Below are positions 9,139 to 15,790 of a stretch of DNA of 15,790 nucleotides, piece by piece; position 1 is the stretch's first letter; each line of letters starts with the position of its first letter. The stretch is taken from contig NW_021825421.1 of assembly GCF_006345805.1 (NCBI RefSeq), forward strand, positions 1 to 15,790. The letters are read 5' to 3'. Position numbers and translations under genes: made by a program. The notes under the pieces were generated by a model, which worked only from the letters and a program-made list of their open reading frames with translations, ran no database searches and had not been told where the DNA came from. The DNA is from Octopus sinensis. Lineage: Eukaryota.

Positions 9139-9203
9139 ATAATATAACACACTCACCGGTCAAATTCATTCCCACTTTTTTCTTATTTTTATTGTACTTG
9201 CAA

Positions 9204-9262
<59 letters not shown>

Positions 9263-9418
9263 TATTATATATACATACATATATATATATACAGGATGCA
9301 AGACGCAACGAAAATTTTAGGACAATAAAATAAGAAAAAAGTGGGAATTTTACCGGTGAGTGTTTTACATAATAAGGCACAAAAAGAAAATGATTCTCTC
9401 CAGACCAACAGAATTATT
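9139..9418. repeat. Interspersed repeat family C in inverted pair (9139-9206 +, 9292-9418 -) around (TA)n
   Basis: acactcaccggtcaaattcattcccactttttcttatttt versus aaaataagaaaaaagtgggaattttaccggtgagtgt. A third copy lies at 13975-14050. Confidence 0.8.
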
Positions 9419-9539
9419 GAACTTCAGTATTACACAACCAAAAAATAGAACCACTTTTCTTATGCGAATATAGTGTTGCGTTGACACATTCAATTCAAAG
9501 TTTTTATTCATTCTGCAAATCTTGTCCGTTGATCCCATG

Positions 9540-9860
9540 CTAAAAACGTCCTTATAGACATTGGTTTGAGTTTTACCTGTAGGGGTGAAAATGAAAAAAT
9601 TGTCTTTGCTCCCCACTCTGAACCCCAGGATATGTCTGTGTGAAAAGCAAGCCTTCTCTAATTGCAAAGAAGTAACTTTAATGTCTGATCTTGGTACTTA
9701 TCAATGGACATCGCAAGAGACTGACGTATTGGAAATTGAAGTCGTTTGAGTTCGAAGGGAATATTTGAAGGTATTAAACTTAAGTGAGGCATAAATATAT
9801 CTTCACCTTTTCCAAAGACAAAAAATATTCTGCTTCTATGATATTTCTCGTTAATTTTTT
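9540..9860 (-). mobile_element. Helitron Rep/helicase remnant (PIF1-family helicase C-terminus), frameshifted
   Basis: Minus-strand translation across frameshifts gives KKLTRNIIEAE / GKGEDIFMPHLSLIPSNIPFELKRLQFPIRQSLAMSIDKYQDQTLK / LEKACFSH...RVGSKDNFFIFTPTGKTQTNVYKDVF. This matches the Helitron pattern F.R.QFP..AFAMTINKSQGQT...FSHGQLYVA.SRV...T.NVVY.EV. Confidence 0.9.
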
Positions 9861-9944
9861 GGATTTTCTTTTGTTATTGTCTGCTATTCATACAGGCGCA
9901 CAAAAGTGTATGAACATACACACTACTTGTCTTTATACTTCTCT

Positions 9945-9969
9945 GTCTGTCTATCTATCTATCTATTAA

Positions 9970-10016
<47 letters not shown>

Positions 10017-10037
10017 ACATATCTATCTATCTATCTC

Positions 10038-10088
<51 letters not shown>

Positions 10089-10093
10089 CTCTT

Positions 10094-10124
<31 letters not shown>

Positions 10125-10199
10125 CTCTATCTATCTATTATCTATCTATATATCTATCTATCTATCTATCTATCTATCTTCTATCTATCTATCTATCTA
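9945..10199. repeat. (TATC)n / GATA microsatellite
   Basis: Direct observation. Confidence 0.95.
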
Positions 10200-10673
10200 A
10201 GGAAAGTGAGAGTAGAGAGGCAAGTTTTGTCGAGCGAATGTTTTAAAAAAAGATGGGTGAATGTAGCAAGAATGGCACGTATGAATGACGAAGCCACCTT
10301 GAGCATAATCCTATGAACCCAGAAATTGAAAACAGAGATTTGCTTATTTGCAAAAAAAAAAAAAAAAAATATAAAATGTGACTTCATTGACCGTGGTCTT
10401 TTCCGTAGGCTTTTCTTTCCACGGGTAAACCTCACCTGTCCTCCCCTTTACACTTCATATTGACATTTCTGTGATAACGATCCCTATTGATCAATTTTTT
10501 TTTTTCCTCTCCTCCCTTTTTTAACCCCCCCTTTTTTGTCCTCTTTCTCTCCTTTTACGATCCCTTTTGATCGAAACTCCCCCCTTTCCTTTTTTTTTTT
10601 AAACCTTCAAAAGAAAACCTCTACCTTGTAATTTGTTCTATCTGTGTGCAGCCCTGTGTGGCTAATAAAGAAA
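10200..10673 (+). mobile_element. 5'-truncated L1/Tx1-like LINE 3' end (ORF2 C-terminus and 3' UTR)
   Basis: [25 protein letters not shown]...* (stop at 10314-10316) resembles the Tx1/L1 ORF2 end motif (R..E......F..RW). A pyrimidine-rich UTR follows, then AATAAA at 10664-10669, then (TATC)n resumes. Confidence 0.6.
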
Positions 10674-10687
10674 CATATATATCTATA

Positions 10688-10741
<54 letters not shown>

Positions 10742-10857
10742 ACTATCTATCTATCTATCTATCTATCTATCTCTCTATCTATCTATCTGTATATATACAT
10801 ATATGTGTGCGAGGAGAGAGAGAGAGAGAGAGGGAGAGAGAGAGAAAGAGAGAGAAA
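10674..10857. repeat. (TATC)n followed by (GA)n microsatellite
   Basis: Direct observation. Confidence 0.95.
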
Positions 10858-11237
10858 TATAACTATAGATACAGGCACATAAAAATACCTTAGGAATGTG
10901 AACTCAGGTTTCAAATTTCCCCAAGACACCTGATGAAGGCTGGAGGGTATAAAAAAATAACATCTAGAATTTCTTCCCTTGCGTCATATAAAACCGACGT
11001 GAGAGTTTCAAATTGAAATGGGTTCATTTTTCGCTTGCGAAGGGGACACGAGCATTGGCGCACCAACAGACACACATACGCACGCAAGCTTCCTGCTGAT
11101 ACCCTTAACAATTAAACATCAACTAGCTTATAATTTACATTTAATTACACGCCACAACTATATAAAGTAATAACAATATCTAGTACGACCCTTTGTTATT
11201 ATTTTGTTTCAGATATGCGTGTCTGAGTATATACACC

Positions 11238-11468
11238 TATGTATGTATGTATGTATGTATGTATGTATGTATGTATGCATGTATGTATGTATGTATGTAT
11301 GTATGTATGTATGTATGTATGTATGTATGATGTATGATGTATGATGTATGATGTGTGTATGTATGTATGTATGTATGTATGTATAAAGATATATATAGAC
11401 ATTTATAAAGGTATATATAAAGATAGATAGATAAATAGATAGATAGATATATAGATACATATATATAT

Positions 11469-11499
<31 letters not shown>

Positions 11500-11501
11500 T
11501 A
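11238..11501. repeat. Compound (TATG)n, (GATA)n, (TA)n microsatellite
   Basis: Direct observation. Confidence 0.95.
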
Positions 11502-11888
11502 TTACTTGTTTCAGTCATTCGACTGCGGCCATGCTGGAGCACCAGCTTTAGTCGAGCAAATCGACCTGGGGACTTATTCTTTGTAAGCCCAGTACTTATT
11601 CTATCGGTCTCTTTTGCCGAACCGCTAAGTGACGGGGACGTACACACACCAGCATCGGTTGTCAAGCAATGCTAGGAGGACAAACACAGACACACAAACA
11701 CACACATACATATATATATATGTACATGTATACGATAGGCTTCTTTCAGTTTCCGTCTACCAAATCCACTCAAAAGGCTTTGGTCGGCCCGGGGCTATAG
11801 CAGAAGACACTTGCCCAAGATGCCACGCAGTGGGACTGAACCCGGAACCATGTGGTTGGTTAGCAAGCCACACTGCCACTCCAGCGAC
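11502..11888 (-). mobile_element. Full-length tRNA-headed SINE family A
   Basis: Minus strand has head ggagtggcagtgtgg...ccgggttcagtcccac (A/B boxes), internal (TA)/(TG) repeat, and tail ccagcatggccgcagtcgaatgactgaaacaagtaa. Confidence 0.92.
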
Positions 11889-11944
11889 TATGTTTATATA
11901 TTTATTGCCTAAACTGGCAAAACGACCATTCCGAATTATAACCA

Positions 11945-11980
11945 TATATATATATATATATATGTATACATATATGGTTG

Positions 11981-12030
<50 letters not shown>

Positions 12031-12045
12031 GTATCTATATATATT
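11945..12045. repeat. (TA)n microsatellite
   Basis: Direct observation. Confidence 0.95.
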
Positions 12046-12049
12046 GTAT

Positions 12050-12271
12050 ACTCTTTTACTCTTTTACATGTTTCAGTCATTTGACTGTGGCCATGCTGGA
12101 GCACCGACTTTTGTCCAGTAGATCGACCCGAGGACCTATTATTTGTAAACCTAGTACTTATTCTATCGGTCTCCTATACCGAACCGCTAAGTTAAGGGGA
12201 CGCAAACACACCAGCATCGGTTGTGAAACTATGTTGGGAGGACAAACACAGACACAGTAACATACACACAC

Positions 12272-12313
<42 letters not shown>

Positions 12314-12481
12314 TCATATATACGACGGGCTTCCTTCTGTTTCCGTGTACAAAATCCACTGACAAAGCTTTGGTCGGTCCGTAGGCTATGGTAGAAGACA
12401 TTTGCCCATGGTGCCATGTAGTGGGATTGAACCGGAACCATGTGGTTGGTAAGCGAGCTACTTCCCATACAGACACTCCTG
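12050..12481 (-). mobile_element. Full-length tRNA-headed SINE family A
   Basis: Colinear with 11502-11888 along its whole length. Tail is (GAGTAAAA)2-like. Confidence 0.92.
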
Positions 12482-12785
12482 TTTATTAACCTGAGAACAA
12501 GTTGAAGGTGAGCTCTGACTGGTTGTATGCAAATGAGTTCATTAATGGGATCCGGAACTCTCGTGGGAGAAAAAAAATTTCGTGGCTGGGTCAAATGAGA
12601 CGATGCGACCAACATGGGTATGAGTGGACTGTGCTCAAACACGCACAAACACCCACACATATAGATACATGCAAAGACGCACACTCGTAGCTATTTATGC
12701 TTTAAAAATGTTGACCTTAAAACCGTGACATTCTGAAGAAATTGTATGAGTGTGTGGGTCAGCCAATATGTGTGTGTATGTGCGC

Positions 12786-12816
<31 letters not shown>

Positions 12817-12904
12817 CATTTCTGTTTCGCTGAATTTGTGAAAGCGGGACGGAGAAGTTGTTGACATCGATGACAATTTTCGTATATTGCTTCTTTTTTA
12901 AAAA

Positions 12905-13010
12905 TTTTTTCATTCATTAAATTGCGGCCATGCTGGGTTACCGCCTTGCAGGATTTTTAGTCGAACCAATTGACCTCATTAAAGTACATTTTTCAGCCTG
13001 GTAAGTATCC
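12905..13010 (-). mobile_element. SINE family A 3' tail fragment
   Basis: tgcggccatgctgggttaccgcctt...ttttagtcgaaccaattgacc matches 11520-11570. Confidence 0.75.
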
Positions 13011-13011
13011 G

Positions 13012-13393
<382 letters not shown>

Positions 13394-13395
13394 CA

Positions 13396-13530
13396 GTCCT
13401 TAAATCATCGTATCTTCGTTTCTGCTGGGGGCTCTTTCCATAAAGAAAGTTGCATATAGCATCTGTTTAGGGATCCTCTGATCATTAATCTAAAGAAAAT
13501 GTCCAGTCCATCATTATTCTCTGTGCTTTT
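13396..13530 (-). mobile_element. Old RTE (BovB-like) LINE RT-ORF C-terminal remnant
   Basis: Minus strand from 13510 reads WTGHFL*INDQRIPKQMLY, then after a frameshift [14 protein letters not shown]. This matches RTE LRWxGHVxRMxDxRxPKxxLYG...GKR...KRYxD. May extend further right. Confidence 0.75.
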
Positions 13531-13974
13531 ATAATTTGACAAATTCAACCTCTCTTCTCTGGGCAACAAATTTTCCTTTTGATGCTTTTAAAATATGAAA
13601 ATTACTTTGACAGTCATTGACCAGAACAAGATGAAGATCTCAGTCAGTAAAGGAATTTGTCTGGGGTCTTCAAAGTTTGAAGATACTCTTTTTAGTTTTA
13701 TAAAGTCACTAAAAGTCTTACGTTTTCTCAATTTATAGAAAACTAACACTTTTATAAATGAGTTTATTGTTACGCATTAAATGTTAAACTAAATTTGCTC
13801 CAGCTGGTCTATATAAACAGTAACCTATAGCTTTGAACAGCTTTATTATCTTGTTGTGTATTTACATGGCATATAATGTGTGAATAGAATTTCTCCCCCA
13901 GTTATCCAAGCAAAAAATCAGAAACTTATGTTATCAATTTATTTAGAAGAATTTTGTACAAAGTTTGATACAAA

Positions 13975-14050
13975 ATAATTTTGTTGTGTCTGGGGAGAGT
14001 CATTCTCTTTTAGTGCCTTATTATTTAACACACTCACCGGTAAAATTTCG
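13975..14050 (+). repeat. Interspersed repeat family C fragment
   Basis: tgttgtgtctggggagagtcattctcttttagtgccttattatttaacacactcaccggtaaaatt is the reverse complement of 9346-9415. Confidence 0.85.
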
Positions 14051-14947
14051 TTTTGCTTTAATAGTAATTATCAATTTCTGAATAAAGTTTCTTTTTATCT
14101 AATTTAAATATCTTGATTATTTAATTTGAAAACAATCAGGTTTGTTCACTTCTATCACAAAAGAATCCAATAAAAAGTGGAGAATACTTATGAATCTTCC
14201 TTTCCAATTCCACAAAAGTCTGCTCGGTAGAGCTTCCTGTCACATCTTATAATGTACATAAAGGTCTCATGTGTTTTACTTATTTAATCTTGGTCTCTGC
14301 TGTAAGAACTTGAAATCTAATTTCAAATTAAAATAACAGTGGAGTAATATGAAGGTAAATATTGTAGGGAAGAATTGTACTCTTCCTTTATCTGAAGTTA
14401 TTCAAAAAGAGGGAGACACATGCAATTAAAACAACAAATGTTGTGTCATTATTTTATTATCTCAGACTTTTTCAGCACAGCTATTGCTTAATTCACAGCT
14501 ATTGTTTAATTATAATTTTTTTTTTTTCATATGTATAATAGTGAAGTTTTATTTTTACTGACGAAAATTTCAGTAATTAGTAAATAACGAAGGTCATAAA
14601 GTAAGAATATAAAATTAAAATATTGTATATTGCACTCAAAACCCCTGAATTTTTTAACTACCACCACCACTTTGGAGAGGCCTGTCTTAAACCACAACAG
14701 GACAAAGTGAGATATATCCTTAGATACATCATGTATTATATAGAAATACTATCTCTATAGGATATATAAGGGAAAACATCAATATATATATATACCAGGC
14801 ATTCTACTCTCAGCTAAAAATGAAGGTAGATAACTATCAATATAGCAGAAGATATTAATGCTGTCTATATAACAATGGGGTTGTTTAGGGGGGGGATTAG
14901 ATATACAACAACAGCAACAACAATAAATGAACATTTCAAAGTTTGTC

Positions 14948-14953
14948 TTTATT
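14948..14953 (-). promoter_or_regulatory. Candidate polyadenylation signal for the death-domain gene
   Basis: First AATAAA on the minus strand after the stop codon (~230 nt downstream), followed by GT-rich ttgttgctgttgttg. Confidence 0.35.
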
Positions 14954-15180
14954 TTAAATGTGAATTTTTAACAAAGGAGCCAAACCATGTGGTTGATATA
15001 CCTGCTAGAATTGGTAGCTAAATTCACACGATACCACTGTAAAGAAGGGCATATTGGACGAGGTGGTTGTGGGTTCTCTTTGGAAATAGGCATGATGGTC
15101 CTGGCTGGCATGCGTTTGATCATAAGTCTCTGTTTGGTCAAGGTTAATCTGAGGCTAAACAACAACAGTTACACAGAAAT

Positions 15181-15380
15181 TCACTTTGCGTCTAATGACA
15201 GACATTCCATCGCAGCGACACATTCAGCTTCTTCAAGAGCTGCACGTAATGTTGCGTGTGTCCGTGTTTCTGGGTCGCAATTCCTGTACCATTCGTAAAG
15301 CATCAGGTAGCCTTGTTTTACAGCGTCAATAGACTCATCATCAATTTTCAGTTTAGTTGTATCAACTCCTAAAAAAATTG
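15181..15380 (-). CDS. Terminal coding exon of a death-domain-containing protein (upstream exons not identified)
   Basis: Acceptor tgtcttttgcag| at 15381 (phase 1), then (A)IFLGVDTTKLKIDDESIDAVKQGYLMLYEWYRNCDPETRTHATLRAALEEAECVAAMECLSLDAK*. The LG...Q.Y.ML..W.......T...L..AL pattern is typical of death-domain helices 2-6. Confidence 0.8.
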
Positions 15381-15790
15381 CTGCAAAAGACACAACAATA
15401 AGAGATAAATGCAACAACATCAACAATATTAACAATAATATAAAAGATGTGTGTTGTTATAAACATAACAAAGAAACTATTTCAAGAGAGAAATATAAAA
15501 AAATAGCTAAGAAACAAGAAAAATATAAGACATTGTTTTCTATTTCTAGGGATGATGAGAAAAATAACAAAGTGGTTAACTTAAAGGTGATTTTTTAAAA
15601 AAGATTAATTGAAATTTACACTTGAGAATCTTTTAAGGTAAACCGATGGCAGATGTGTTTGTGAAGGCAAAAGTGTATGAGAACCTAAAGAATCAACCAT
15701 TTGATCCACTCATTTCCTCTGCTCAATATTTCTGGGATAGTTGTAGGGATAGAGTCCCCTGGCATTTCTTCCATTGGGGCCTATCAGATG

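Noticed and set aside
12527-12534. Octamer motif ATGCAAAT
   Set aside because: A single 8-mer is expected by chance in AT-rich DNA, and no snRNA gene or promoter context is visible.
15381-15435. Signal-peptide-like N-terminus of ORF 15181-15435
   Set aside because: It is the T-rich intron and polypyrimidine tract before the splice acceptor, with a non-ATG start.

Overview
Eukaryotic, AT-rich, microsatellite- and transposon-dense DNA. The two tRNA-headed SINE families, RTE LINE tails and extreme (TA)n/(TATC)n/(TATG)n load look like a coleoid cephalopod, most likely Octopus (recognition, not a database result). Host coding content is small: a minus-strand terminal exon encoding the C-terminal part of a death domain (15181-15380) and a candidate minus-strand exon with a perfect donor (4425-4518). 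The rest is mobile-element debris: a decayed L1/Tx1-type ORF1 with a CCHC zinc knuckle and no ORF2 (~930-2100), a Tx1/L1-like 3' end embedded in a (TATC)n array (10200-10673), head-to-head RTE tails (6611-7771), a second RTE remnant (~13396-13530), a Helitron PIF1-helicase remnant (9540-9860), MITE-like elements and many SINEs, including a tandem array. The most notable signals are a minimal Penelope-type hammerhead ribozyme motif (minus strand, 6350-6436) and the LINE sitting inside a GATA/TATC microsatellite. There is no CRISPR array or prokaryotic system, and most listed ORFs are microsatellite translation artefacts.
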